In this document: piece after piece, positions 11,976-26,766 of the stretch
How the letters are laid out: each line of letters opens with the position of its first letter
Numbering within the stretch: the stretch's first letter is position 1
Assembly: GCF_006345805.1 (NCBI RefSeq)
Contig: NC_042998.1
Coordinates: forward strand, 145,018,001 to 145,082,000
Reading direction: 5' to 3'
Source of the DNA: Octopus sinensis
Lineage: Eukaryota
DNA length: 64,000 nt
Notes under the pieces: model-generated
Seen by the model: only the letters and a program-made list of their open reading frames with translations
What the model was told of the DNA's origin: nothing
The model's database searches: none
Translations under genes and position numbers: made by a program

Positions 11976-12830
11976 AGTACTTGATCAATACCTTATTTTA
12001 TTGACCCCGCCCCACCAGAAGGGTAAAATGCAAAGTTGATCTCAACAAGATTTGAATTCAGGATGTAAAGGGCTGCAAGCAAAATACAAGCTATTGATTA
12101 TATTGATGACAAATGTGTTCTCTTCTCTATATGTCAGGTAATATAAATGAGGAACAGGTAAGCAGTATCTGAAGTTCAATGTTGTTTGAAGAGTGAAATG
12201 CAATGAGTGAAAACTGTAACCCTGTAGAAACTGAAGTCATGTGATTTAGGGATAATCCCTTAGGTTATAAATCAATCAATAAATCAATAATTTGTTATTC
12301 ACAGTGTCAGTAAAGAATAAAACCAGAGAGTAATAAAATCTCAACACTGGCAGTGAGTGCATCTACTTAACCATTTTTTATACATAGTTTCTGTGATTTG
12401 GTAAATATCTATTGTTGTTTCCTATGGAAGGCAACGCTTTGCTCTTGTAAATGTTAATTTTTCATATGTTACTGCCTGCATTTGCCATTCTTTATGTGTT
12501 GGAGCTAAAGATATTTTCCGTATGAATCACAATAGAGGTGAAATGAATTTGAAATAGAGAGAGGACATGGCCATGAGGTTCGATTTCCAAATTAATTAAA
12601 GTATGTTCATAAATTCACACCTTGCTACAATAGGCATTGTATTCTGTCTTTGGGTAAAGCACAAAAAAATCTTTCTTTACTTCAATCTACCTGATTGACA
12701 AATTGAGTTCTGTTCCCATTTCACAGTTGAGGTTTTAGCTGTAAGAGTATCCAGTTATAAAAACAATTGCTACATCTATATAAAAAATTTTCAAAGGTAT
12801 CAAAAGCATTTCGTTCATGATGATGACGAC

Positions 12831-12879
<49 letters not shown>

Positions 12880-13896
12880 GTGGTGATGATGGTGGTGATG
12901 ATGATGATGATGATGAGGAAGATGATGATAATGATGACGATAACAATGACACACAGGCACACATATATATTTATTTGTTAAAGCTGAAAGTCTATAGCAC
13001 AGCCATCATTATAAGTAGATTGCTAACTATATCACTTTTTTATTAAAAAAACTTACATTGCAGAATAAACTTTCTAAAACTACTAAAACATACTTATACA
13101 ACATATAATATATATTCTGTCTTTCCCACATGTTCTGCGCTATTATTTAATCAATCATATAGCATTTATTTTAACATAGCAACATTCAAGTTTACCTTAC
13201 TATGTGTAATATTTGATACAGCCTCTTTTTATGATATTGTCATCACACCACAGAAGTGAATGATGTCAGAGAATTACAGAAATTTTCAATTAAATTCTCA
13301 ACATTCTCATCAACTATTTACAATGGTGTGTGTGTGTGTACGTGTGTGTATATATTGGCTGTCATTAGTACTTACTAGATGATGTTTCAAAACTTTTGCT
13401 CGAGTTCTCACCAGACTTAATTTAATATTCCTCACTTATTTCATAGAATATACCTGTCATTTGTTAAAATAGAAAAAAAAGAATATTTTTGATTTGGTTT
13501 TCTTTTAATTTCAATCAATTTTTAGCATAAAAAATTACTTTTTTTGGAATCATACACATGCACACACACACACGTACACTTATGTATTTTTATACATTTC
13601 TGTGTTCTTTGGTAGAATTTCAAACTACTGGTTGGCATTTCTCAAGAGATGATTGGATTTGAAAATTTCAATCAACATTGGTGATATTTAGATCACCATT
13701 CTGCAAAGTGCTAAGTCATTTCCCTTGTGGTCAATGGTACAGCTATCGCTGCTGCTGTTACTATTATAGTTAAGTGTCACATTTTCTTCTTCTGTTGCTG
13801 CTGCTGCTGTAAATGGAAGTACTTTCTTGTTTAGGTCTGAAGTAAATAGACTTTATAATGCTACTTTGAAATGTCTTTTTAATAATAATAATAATA

Positions 13897-13934
<38 letters not shown>

Positions 13935-13952
13935 GTAATAATAATAATAATA

Positions 13953-14806
13953 AAACTAGAACAGCAAAGGACCATGATAAAACGATGGCAAGAAAAGCCC
14001 CTTCATGGCAAATACTGGACTAAACTAAGTGCAAGAGAAATAGACAGAGAAAAATCCCTGCAATAGTTGAGAAGCTCAGGACTCAAAGCAGAGACGGAGG
14101 GATTTTTAATTGCAGCACAAGACCAAAGTGTCCTCACCAGAAATTACCTAAAACATATAAGTAACTGCAGAATATGTGGAGATGGACAAGAAACAATAAA
14201 TCATATTATCTCTGGCTACCCAGTCCTGGCTAAGAAGGAATATATTCACAGACACGACAGAGTTGGGACCTACATACACTGGAAGCTATACCAGCACTAT
14301 GGAATAACAACAGAAAAAAGATGGTATAGGCACACACCAGAAAAGGTCACAGAAAACGAGAAAGCAAGCATACTCTGGGATATGCCAATACACACAGATA
14401 GAGAAATTAAGGCCAATAGGCCAGATATAGTTGTCAGAGATCATGAAGGAAAAAAATGCTTTCTAATTGATGTATCAATACCAGCAGATGACAACGTGTC
14501 TCTAAAAGAAATGGAGAAACTTTCAAAATACAAAGACCTGGAAATAGAAGTAACTTGAATGTGGAATCTAAAAACAGAAACAATTCTTATCATAATAGCT
14601 GCATTAGGTATGATAAAAAAAGTATTCAGACTTACAAATATATATAACATACAGAAAATTGCACTACTGGGCACTGCACACATCCTACACAAAACACTTT
14701 CAATACAGTAACCATCAGAGCATCACAAAAAATCACGGCACATACCCAAGGCACACAGAGCTGTACTCGGTAGTGAAGTGAAAGCATGCTATAAAAATAA
14801 AACTAT

Positions 14807-14810
<4 letters not shown>
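13953..14810 (+). mobile_element. R4/Dong-type non-LTR retrotransposon 3' fragment (CCHC plus restriction-like endonuclease)
   Basis: WQEKPLHG...AAQDQ...CRICG..ETINHIISG...RHD...KANRPDIVV...LIDVSIP...KLSKYKDL. It is flanked on both sides by (TAA)n. Confidence 0.9.
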
Positions 14811-14866
<56 letters not shown>

Positions 14867-14878
14867 TAATAATAATAA

Positions 14879-14912
<34 letters not shown>

Positions 14913-14926
14913 GTAATAGTAATAGA

Positions 14927-15010
<84 letters not shown>

Positions 15011-15014
15011 AACA

Positions 15015-15310
15015 ATCCTCTTAAGTACAAAATAGCCCTGCTATGGAAAATGAAGAAGGTGATGATTGTGCCAATTATTGTTGGGTCCTTGGGAACAGTA
15101 TCACAAGGTATCAAGAGGATTATAAAGTAAGTTGGAATAGAGTGCCCAGTAGAACTGTTACAAAAGGTTTGCCTCATTGGCACAGCCAGAATAATCAGTA
15201 AATTATTAGATAGTTGGAAAGAACAAATAACATGGTATTATAGGCTGCAGGCAGTAAGTCCACTATGCATGCAAGACTCCAGGAGCTCCAACAAAACCTG
15301 TGATAAAGAG
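15015..15310 (+). mobile_element. Second R4/Dong-type 3'-end fragment
   Basis: Translates to LKYKIALLWKMKKVMIVPIIVGSLGTV...LLQKVCLIGTARII, followed by a short UTR and a (TAA)n tail. Confidence 0.8.
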
Positions 15311-15444
15311 ATAATAGTAATAATAATAATGATGATGATGAAGACGACGACAACAACAACAATAACAATTATAATAACAATTATAACAATAATACCAAGA
15401 AGAAGAAGAAGAAGAAGAAGAAAGAGAGAAATAAAGAAAGAAAG

Positions 15445-17036
15445 GCAGAAAAGAAAAGTAAAGATCAGAAAAAATGTTATCGCAGGGTAAGGGCAATACT
15501 CAAGACAGAGCTGAATGCAAGAAACAGAATTGAAATGATCAATACTTTAACCATACCGGTTGTGACTTACAGTTTCAATATCATTAACAGGTCAATTACT
15601 GAAATCTGTAATCTTGGGAGAAAGATATGAAAATTGTTTTAGGTGTGTCTTGACAGATACATTGTACCACCCTAAGGCAGATATAGAACGACTTTACCTG
15701 CCAAGAAAGGAGAGTGGCCATGGACTTTTACAACTGTAATTAACAGTGAAGATTGCCACAATTAGCCTAAACACCTACTTGAAAAACTCTGATGACTGTA
15801 TGTTAAAAATTGTCTTAAAGCATGAAAACAAGAAAGCATCATACTTAGTAACAAAACAAACTAAGAAATATCTAAGTGAATTCTAAATACAACAAATCCC
15901 AGAATTAGACATTCTGGAAACAAGCACAGAAAAAGCTAAGTAAATGAAAACCCTTGCTAAAACTGCTGCTTTGATATTCTTACTGATAAATGGCAAGAAA
16001 AACCTTTCAATGGCAAATACCCAAAGAGAGCTAATAATGTTAATGTTGACAAAGCCCTTACCCATTAATGGCTAGTATCTTCTGGCTTAAAATCAGAAAC
16101 AAAAGGATCCATCATAGCAGCCCAAGATCAATACCTACCTACAAGAAACTACCAGGCCAACATCTTAAAGAATAGCAATAGCCCAATATGTCCTGTATGT
16201 AAATAACAAAATAAAACCACTGATCATGTTGTCTCCATGTACAGTCATTATCTCAACAGGCATGATAGAGCAACACAGTATATTTACTGGGTAATTTGCA
16301 AAGACTTGGACCTGCCCCATGATAAAAACTGTTGGGAACACAAACCACCTCCAGTGCTTGAAAATGATCACATCTCACTCCTTTGGAACTTCACCATTCA
16401 AACTGATAGAAAGATAGATGCTAATAGGTTAGACATTATATTGAAGGATTTCAGACAAAAATCATGCCTCCTCATCAATATAACTGTCCCAATTGACATA
16501 AATGTATCTGTCAAGACACACCTAAAACTGAGCAAGTTCAATAAAGATCTTGGAATAAATATTGGCAAAGTGTGGAACTTGAAAACTAAAACAATACCTG
16601 TTGTCATAGGTGCCCAAGGAATGATAGCAAAAGGGGCTGATTGCTACCTGGCTCAGATACCAGGAAATCCAAAAATGGAAGAAATTTAAAAAATAGTGCT
16701 CATAGGAACAAAAAATAATGCTCATGGGAACAAATATTGTCTATGTAATCCTCAAAATATTTCAATCTGTAAACAGTGTCAAAATACTTTTAAATGTACA
16801 TAACAGCAAGCACTTTTTATTGTCATCTTAACATCAGACTATAATCAAATTACTTTTAAAACAATCTTCTAATTTACTTATATTTTGACAGACATTCTCT
16901 AGAACAATACTCTGTACAAAACCAAATATATGGCATGCTAGTCATAAAACCAACTTGAATCTCTAACTTGTTGTCTCTTGAGGTCTCTCAGTGAGACTCG
17001 GAGTCCACTTGAACAAATACAAAGCAAAAGCCAAGC

Positions 17037-17040
<4 letters not shown>
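15445..17040 (+). mobile_element. Third R4/Dong-type fragment (thumb, CCHC, endonuclease, 3'UTR), with stops
   Basis: RRVRAILKTELNARNRI...DIERLYLPRK...AAQDQYLPTRNY...RHDRATQYIYW...DANRLDII, followed by a long (TAA)n tail at 17040-17210. Confidence 0.88.
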
Positions 17041-17106
<66 letters not shown>

Positions 17107-17110
17107 TATG

Positions 17111-17211
<101 letters not shown>

Positions 17212-17424
17212 CCTTTCTACTATAGGCACAATAGGCACATGGCCTGAAATTTTGTGGGTGAGGACTAGTCGATTACATCAACCCCAGTGCATAACTGGTA
17301 CTTAATTTATTGACCCTGAATGGACAAATGGCAAAGTCGACCTCAGTAGAGTTTGAACACAGAGCGTAATGACAGATGAAATATTACTAAGCATTTCACC
17401 CAGTGTGCTAATGATTCTGCCAGC

Positions 17425-18800
17425 TTGCCTCCTTGATGATGATAAAAACAGAAATGAACTGCTAGCAAATGAACAGAAAAGCTGCTGGAAGGGATCACAA
17501 AGAACAAAGGATCAGTTGCTTATAGATCAGGTAATTTTGAAGAACTGTTGGAAAAGGTTGACAAGCTTATCAATGGCTTGGATTGACTATAAGAAGGCAT
17601 ATGATATGGTTTCTCACTCGTGAACTCTAAAATACCTGAAGATAGTCAGGGCAGTTAAAAATATGATATATTTATTCAAAAACAGTATGAGCAACTGGAA
17701 GACAGTTTTGACAGCAAGTGGAAGGGAAACTGGACAAGTAAACATCAAAAAGGCAATCTTTCAAGGAGACCTTGTGTTACTCTTGTTGTTTATTGTTAAT
17801 ATCTTACCACTCTCCATGGTTTTGAGGAAGATGGAAGCTGGTTACAAATTACAGAACATAGGACCAATGAACCATCTGATGTTTATGAACTATTTGAACC
17901 TTTATGGAACTAGTTGAGGTCAACTTGACTCCCTTACTCAGGCCATAAGAATTTTCTCACATGACATCCAGATGGCATTTAGTCTAGATAAATGCAGTGT
18001 TCTCAAACTGAGGAGAGGGTGAATAGTAGACAGTAGTGGAGCAGAACTTCCAGCTGATGAGTGCATGAGAGAAGTGATGGAGAGGGTTACAAGTATCTTG
18101 GTATTTTACAATTAAGCCAGATAATGAACACCAAAATAAAGGAAAAGATTTTTGAATATAACAGAAGAGTGAAAAAACTATGTAGACCCAAGCTGAATGG
18201 AGGAAACCTGATCAGTGATGTCAGCACTCTGGCTGTAAGCATGGTATTCTACTACTCAGGAGTTGCAGAATGGACAAAGGAAGACCTGGTCAGCATGGAC
18301 AGAAAAACTAGGAAGATAATGACCAAGCATGGATGCTTCATACAAGAAATAATGTAGCAAGGTTTTGCATACATAGAAAGGAAGGTGGAAGAGGATTAGT
18401 TAGAATAAAGATTAGTGTTACAAAAGAGACCAAATTTTTGCATGCCTTTCTGTTATAAACCACACTGAATAAGAAGGTAATCAGTGACAATGGTGAGACT
18501 CTCCAGGAGTACAAAATGAGGACTAATAGGGAAAATATCATCAACTGGAAAGAGAAAGTCCTACACAGAAAGTTTTTCCAGCAAACAGAAAGAGAAAGAA
18601 TTACATGGTCAATTCATGCAAACAAGCCAAGGAAATAGGAAATAAAGAATGTTGGATGTGTCTGTTGAGTGGAAACCTGAAGTAGGAAACCAAAGCACTA
18701 ATTATTGCCATTCAGGAATAAGTCATTAAATTGAACTTGGCAAAGACAAAGACTGATAAAGTTCAGTCAGAGAACAAATACAAAATCTGTGGAAAAGGTG
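17425..18800 (+). mobile_element. Fourth R4/Dong-type fragment (RT core), decayed
   Basis: KDQLLID...WIDYKKAYDMVSH...IFQGD...NHLMFM...GYKYLGILQ...WTKEDLVSMDRKTRK. Confidence 0.88.
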
Positions 18801-19588
18801 AAAAGAGAGGGAGAGAGGGGGAGGGAGAGAGAGAGAAAGAGAGAGTACTCAATGTTAAAACATAAAGTCTGCATGTATGGATACCAAACATGAATTTATT
18901 CTTAATTTATCCACCAATCCCCTTCATTTGTATACTTTATGGCCATTTTTCTTTGCTGGATGGATACTTATTTAGGGCAGTATTGTTAAGGTTTAAGGCT
19001 CTTCTTGTAGCCAGCTCTTATCTGCTTTACAAATAAGGGATTATTTATTACACTTCTTTGAGAGTTTAGGGTTATTGAATGTAATATTTTCTGACAATGT
19101 AAACACAATGCAAGTTTTTCAATCATACAATCTCCAGTCATGCAAGAAATGGAAATGATAACTTTCATGTATACACACACATGTACATAATACATACATA
19201 CATACATACATACATACATACATACATACATACATACATACATACATACATACATACATACATACATACTTACACACATGCATGCATATATACATACATA
19301 CACACAGAAACATACATACATACATACATACAACAACTTTTTTAGTTTCTGTTTATTAAATCCATTCACAAGGCTTGGATTGGTCCAGGGCTATAGCAGA
19401 AGACACTTATCTAAGGTGCCATGTGATAGGACTGAACATAGAACTCAGTGGTTGGGAAACAAAATTCTTATCACGAAGCCATATATATATATATATATGT
19501 ATATATATAGTGTGTGTGTGTTTATATGCATGTGTGTGTGTGTATATAATAAATAATGTATAATATAGATATATATTTATATATACTT

Positions 19589-20903
19589 GCATATATGGGT
19601 ACAGGACGTCACCAACGGTGTAAATAACATGAAATGCATAAACAAATGAGGGAAAATGAGTGAAGTACATAAACAACGAGAAAAAATGGAAAACAGGACA
19701 ACTTAACACAGAGAAAGGACTCTTTATCAGTTGTTAGCTGTCTAGCTACTCCTCATTTCAAATATTCAATGACAATATGAGTCTTCAAAGACAGTTGCTC
19801 CCATAAATTCTAAAATAAAATTTAGGACTTATGGAGGGTCAAAGTTGGGAACAAAAAAAGGACAGTGGAGACATACAAGGAAATCAAAGGAAAACTATCA
19901 TGGAAGGTTGTTGGACCAGAATGGGAGGAAAATAGTGAATGCTAGGAGAAACAATTTTTTGAAAAGAAAAAAGATAGAAGTGAGAGAAAAACATGTCCAC
20001 TCATTTAAACATCCATGCAGGAAAGGAAAGATGGTCACATGAGGAAAAGAACGATGGATGATGGTCACATGTGAGCAAAGAAAGATCAAGAGAGAGAGAA
20101 AAAGAAAAAGAGAGGGGGAGAGAATGAAGATAGAAAACGGTGGAGGAGAGAGGGGAGAGAATGACAGATAGAAAACGGTGAAGGAGAGAGGGGGAGAAAT
20201 AGGGAATTAGAGAAGGATGGAGGAAGAAAACTGTCACTGAATGCGATGCATCCATTTCCAAGTAAGTTCATCTTCCCCTTTCTGATGCTACTCTCTACAC
20301 TATACTGTTTTCTTCCTCCATCCTTTTCTAATTCCCTTTTTCTCCCCCTCCCTCCTCCACCATTTTCTAATTGCCTCTTTCTCTCTCCCCTCTTTTTCTT
20401 TTTTCTCTCTCCCTCGTTGCTCTCATACGACCATCATCCATTTTTCTTTTTCTCACACGACCATCTTTCTTTTCCTGTATGGACGTTTAAGTGAGTGGAC
20501 GTGTTTTTCTCTCTCTTCTATCTTTTCTCTTATCAAAAAAATATTTCTCCTAGTGTTCACTATTTTCCTTTCATTCTGGTCTAACAACCCTCCATGTTTG
20601 TTTTTGTTTGGTTTCCTTATATGTCTGCACTGTCATTTTTTTGTTCCCAACTTTGACCCTTCATAAATCCTAAATTTTATTTTAGAATTTACGGGAGCAA
20701 CTGTCTTTGAAGACTCATATTGTTGAATGCTTGAAATGAGGAGTAGATAGACAGCCGACAACTGGTGAAGGGTCCTTTCTCTGTGTTAACTTGTCATGTC
20801 TTCCATTTTTCTTGTTGTTTACGTATTTCAATTGGTTTTCCCTTGTTTGTTTACATATTTCATGTTATTTGCACTGTTGGTGATGTCCTGTACCCATACA
20901 TGC
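19589..20903. mobile_element. Large imperfect inverted repeat (arms about 19589-20233 and 20302-20903), Penelope-like terminal-repeat relic
   Basis: GCATATATGGGTACAGGAC...GGAAGAAAACTGT is mirrored by ACTGTTTTCTTCC...GTCCTGTACCCATACATGC. The spacer motif TGAATGCGATGCA..TTTCCAAGTA recurs at about 21291. Confidence 0.75.
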
Positions 20904-20918
20904 CGGTATATATATATT

Positions 20919-21252
20919 GTGAAGGCACATGGCTCAGTGGTTAGAGTGTCGAGCTTACTATTATGAGGTTGTGAGTTCAAATCCCTGACCGGGCTTTGTG
21001 TTGTGTTCTTGAGCAAGACACTTTATTTCATGTTGTTCCAGTTCACTCAGCTGTAGAAATGAGTTGTGACGTCACAGGTTCCAAGCTGTATCGGCCTTTC
21101 CCTTTCCCTTGGATAATACTGGTGGCATGGAGAGGGGAGGCTGGTATGCATGGGTGACTGCTGGTCTTCCATAAACAACTTTGCCTGGACTTGTGCCTGG
21201 GACAGTAACTTTCTAGGTGCAATCCAATGGTCTGTCATGATCGAAGGGAGTT
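20919..21252 (+). mobile_element. tRNA-derived SINE, full length; further copies at 25445-25775 and 53340-53440
   Basis: A-box TGGCTCAGTGG, B-box GTTCAAATCC, body TTGAGCAAGACACTTTATTTCA...CAGCTGTAGAAATGAG. Confidence 0.85.
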
Positions 21253-21357
21253 TCAGCATATATATATATTATATATTATTTATTATTTAATTGAATGCGA
21301 TGCATTCATTTCCAAGTAGGTATATATACATATATATATATATATAATATATATATA

Positions 21358-21401
<44 letters not shown>

Positions 21402-21402
<1 letters not shown>

Positions 21403-21700
21403 GGAACAAGAACATAGCAAACCACAACAAAACATCCAGACAGTTAGACAATACAAAGAAGGAAAAAACAAGGACAGGTCATTTGTAACCTTCTCTATCA
21501 GTCAAGTTCCAGATCTTCCCTGCAGTTTTGGCTGGTTACACTTGAGACTGCTCCAATCTGGTTGGCCCTAAGAAAATCTAAGCTGAGAGCACTAGATTCT
21601 TTGGAAGAAAGCAAGCGAATATATATGAAAACAAGGATGACAATAACGGATAAATGTTACACAACAAGACAATAACAACAGGTGTCTTCCGACTAAAAAC
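21402..21700 (-). mobile_element. Diverged copy of the repeat family arrayed at 49309-51440
   Basis: The reverse complement reads GCTTTCTTCCAAAGAATCTAGTGC...CTTAGATTT...GATCTGGAACTTGACTGA, matching the array unit. Confidence 0.7.
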
Positions 21701-21937
21701 GAATTAAATTAAGCTGGCGTGTGTGGAGTGAAGCCTTACAGCAAGAACATAAGAGATGAGAGTCATGAGAAGGAATATAAGAGATGCTACATGGATGGAA
21801 GTTGAACCAAGAAAGAAAGGTCAGGTTTGGTGGAACGTTGGTCATGTGGAAGAAGCGGAGAGGGGTTGAAGAATTAGGGAGGGGACAAGAAAGAGAGGAA
21901 AAGAAAGGAAAGGGACATATGTGTGTATATATATGTG

Positions 21938-21968
<31 letters not shown>

Positions 21969-22391
21969 ATAGGTGTGTATGTATATATTCATGTGTGTGT
22001 GTAGCTGTGTTTGTCTCCTGCCATAACTTGACAACTAATGCTGGTGTGTTTATGTCCCCATAACTTAGTGGCTCAACAAAAGAGACTGATAGAATAAGTA
22101 CTAGGCTTACAAAGAATAAGTCCTGGGATCAACTTCGACAAAAATCCTTCAAAGTGGTGCCCCAGCATGGCCGTAGTCAAATAACTGAAACAAGTAAAAG
22201 AATAAAAGAATGCATACATACATATTTACACATGTTTCCAAAGTGCTGTGAAATGGAACTGAACCTAAGACCCCATGATTGCAAAGTGACCTTCCTAACC
22301 ACACATCCATGCCTGCACCCTTGTATCTCATAATTAATGGCTGATGATATTTTATTTCATCATTAATTAAATGTCCATTAATTAAATTGTT

Positions 22392-22888
<497 letters not shown>

Positions 22889-23206
22889 AGTATGCTGGGC
22901 ATAATGCTTAGCAGCATTTCACCCATCTTTACGACTTATCCCCTCCCCTGAAACTGTTGGCCTTGTGCCTATAGTAGAAAGGATTAATTAAATGAGTGCT
23001 GTTCTGTGGTTGATAATAAATCATAAACAACCTTAGTCCTTTGCCCGTCCTGTGCATTGCATTGGATACACAGGACATATTTTCCTGGAGTCCATGCATC
23101 ATCTATGATACATATTCCAGGTTTTTTTTTCTTGTCTAACCACTAGAATAACCTAGGACTTATGAAAGGCAAGTTTTATATTACTCAGCACGTATATAAC
23201 AAGGGT

Positions 23207-23224
<18 letters not shown>

Positions 23225-23245
<21 letters not shown>

Positions 23246-23446
23246 TGTGTACAGTGCTCAGGTGCACTACAACTCATCTAAAGTGTATATATAATCAGGT
23301 GTAGTTTCGGCGGATTTCGGAAAGCATGAGGGCCTTAAAAGATGCAGTGTCATGGCAGTCAACAACTGACGCAGGCAGTTTATTCCATGCTTCAGCAACT
23401 CTGAGCGTGAAAAAATGTTTCCGAAAGTCATGGGTAAAAGTATGAA
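23225..23446 (-). mobile_element. CR1/L2-type LINE extreme 3' end
   Basis: Minus strand translates to THDFRKHFFTLRVAEAWNKLPASVVDC...FKALMLSEIRRNYT*, followed by an (ATT)n tail. Confidence 0.85.
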
Positions 23447-26400
23447 AACAAGCATGGATGTTTAGGACAAACTTCTAAAAATACTTCGTACAAACAAAAA
23501 TTCAAAAGGAGTTGTAACTCCAAACTAGAATATTTGAATTGATTTAAATAAATATTTGAATTGATTTCGTTTATTTTTTTTCTCATTGACTGGAAATGAA
23601 AATTTTAGTGATACATGCAAGGGAGAGAACTACAGAGTTTGTGACGACAAGACACATAGGAGTTGAAAAAGTATTGTGAGTAAATAAAGCAGAAGATAAT
23701 ACACAGTGCTGAGAGTTTATCATTGATGTAAAATTTAACAGCTTTCATTGAAGTCGATATTTATAGCCATTTTCTAAAAATGATAGTTCTTTTGATATCA
23801 ACCTGCTTGAGACTACTCTTAATTTTATGATACAAAAGTCCTGTTTTAAAGTGATCTAAATTAAAATCTTCTGCCATCAAAATTTCATGTTAATTTATGT
23901 CTCAAAAACCTGATTAATATTAGCCAAGTTATTTTACTAAAATCTCTGGCTTGACTGTGTGGTTAAGAAGCTTGCTTTGCAATTGCATGGTTTTAAGTTC
24001 AGTTCCAATGCGTGACACCTTGAACAATGGTTTCCTACTATAGCCTCAAACTGACCAATGTCTTATGAGTGACTTTAGTAGATGGAAACTGTGTGGAAGC
24101 CCATTCTATATATATATGTATGTATGTATGTATGTGTGTGTGTATGTGTGTGTGTGTGTGTGCGTGTGTGTGTTTCTGTTTCCTTCCCTACCATTTGTTA
24201 ACTGTGGTTGGTTTGTTCACATCCCTATAACTTAGTGGTTTAGCAAAAGAGACCAATAGAATAAGTACCAGACTTAAAGGAATAAGTACAGGAGTCAATT
24301 TGTTTGATTAAAACTCTTTAAGGCAGTGTTCTAGCATGGCTGCAGTCCAATGACTGAAAAAAGTAGAAGATAACATGTAGGTTATTCTCAAAATTACCTG
24401 AAACAAAGCAGTGTATTTTGAACAGAAATATAGTAGCAAAAGAGATAATAATCCTATCTCCTGTATGTACAAAGACTGTGGTATTTATTTCATTTGAAAT
24501 TTTGCCTTTGCGGAATTTGAACTCAGAACATAAAAATGGATGAAATGCTGCTAAGCATTTTGTCCTACAAGCTAATGATTCTGCTAGCTTGTTGCCTCCA
24601 AAAGAGTTAATCATAAACTAAAAAATTTATTTTGCCAGATAGCTTATTCAAAGAGACTAGTTGAATAAATCCTCAGATGAAACTCCAAAGTCCCAATCAA
24701 AACAAATTTTATAAAATTTACTCTATTTTTAGTATTAAGTCAATAAATATTTTGTTATTGTTATTCATAAATTTGCTTTAAAATATTCACTTTATTTTAA
24801 TATTATTTATGATAAGATGGTTAGCATGCTGGACAAAATGCTTTCTTCTGTTTTTACAATCTGAATTCAAATTCCACCAAGCTTGACTTTGCCTTTCTCC
24901 TTTCAGGGTCAATAAAATAAGTACCAGTTGAGCACTGGAGTCAATGTAACCAACTTAGTCCTTCCTCCAGAAACTATTAGCCTTACACCAAAATTCGAAA
25001 CCAATATTTATTCATGATAATAATTAGATTAAAACATGATAGTATATGTAAACATTTCACAACAGAAATATAATATTAATTAAAAAATTTTTTTTCTTGT
25101 TTTAGTCATTGGAATGTGGCCATCCTGGGGCACCATCTTGAAAGGTTTTAGTTGAACAAATCAACCCCAGTACTTACTTTATTTTTTACCTTTTTAAGTC
25201 TGGTAATTATTCTATTCACCTCTATTACCAAACTACTAAGTTATGGGAATGCAAACCAACCAACACAGGTTGTCAAGTGGTGGTGGTGATGGTGGCGATA
25301 GGTAATAAACACTGGCACAAAGATACACATGGTCAACCAAAGCCTTGTGAGTGAATTTAGTAGGTTGAAACTAAAGCCTGCTGTGAGTATATGTGATGTG
25401 TAAAAGTTCTTGTGCCCCTTAGTGAGATGTCTATCTGATAGGTGCATGATCAGTGGTTAGAACATTGGGCTCACAATCATGAGGTAGTGAGTTCAATATT
25501 CAAACCTGGCTGTGCGTTGAGTTCGTAAGCAAGACACTGTATTTCTCATTGCTCCAGTTCACTCATCTGCAGAAATGAGTTGTGATGTCACTGGTGCCAA
25601 GCTGTATTGGAGTTTGCCTTTCCCTTGGATAACATCGGTGGTATGGAGAAGGGAGGCTGGTATGCATGTGCAGCTACTAGTCTTCTATAAACAACCTTGC
25701 CTGTATTTGTGCTTCTGAGGGTAACTTTCTAGGTGCAATCCCATGACCGTTCATGACTGAAGGTTGTCATTATCCTTTACATGCAAGCATGGTAAAGTGG
25801 ATGTTAAACCAGAGATATCTATTCATTCCCACCCATGCCTATACATTGTGTAGTAGCCATGCATCTTTGCTATAACAAGACACCAGTACCTCGATCATAC
25901 TTCAACCTCTCAACATCTGGCATAAACCCCTTCCCCTACAACCTTCTCAGTAGAGGAGGCTTCTTCTACCTTTAATTTTTCTTGTAAGTTACTTGGCAGC
26001 CTCATTAGTGCTAGTATCATGAAAAAAAACAAAGCAACCTGCATTCTCTGTAAAGTTGTTAACATTATGAAAGGTATTCAGTCATAGAATACTCCAATGT
26101 TCCAATGTCTACCATGTAGGCATTGGAGTATGACACCTGTGGAATTCTGTCTATCCAATCCATACTAGTACATTAGAAGATGACAACAATAATATACATA
26201 CACAAGGTGGTGAGCTGGCAAAGTCATGAGCATGCTGGGTTAAATGCTTAGCGGCATTTCGTCTGTCTGTACATTCTGAGTTCAAATTCCGCTGAGGTCT
26301 ACTTTACTTTTGATCCTTTTGGGGTTGATAAAATAAGTACCAGTTGAGCACTGGGGTTAATGTGATTAACATAACCCCTCTCCTGAAATTACCAGCCTTG

Positions 26401-26720
26401 TGCCAAACTTTGAAATCCATAATATTCATACATGTGTATGTATATATGTATGAAAGTGCACGTATATGTGTGTGTGTGTGTATCTGTGGATGCACCCTTA
26501 TGTTTGTTTGTTCTCACCACTCAACAACTAGTGTTAGTTTGTATACATCCCAGTAACTTAGCACCTCAATGAAAAGAGACTGATAGAATAAGCACCAGAC
26601 ACAAAATAAAGCACTGGGATTGATTCAGTCAACTAAACCTTTCAAGGTGGTGCTTCAATACAGCTGCAGTCAAATGCCTGAAACAACTAAAAAAAGATAA
26701 TAGAATAATAGAATAAAAGA

Positions 26721-26766
<46 letters not shown>

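Noticed and set aside
20919-21000. tRNA gene
   Set aside because: A and B boxes are present, but there is no closed acceptor stem and the sequence continues into a SINE body. The same holds for the other SINE heads.
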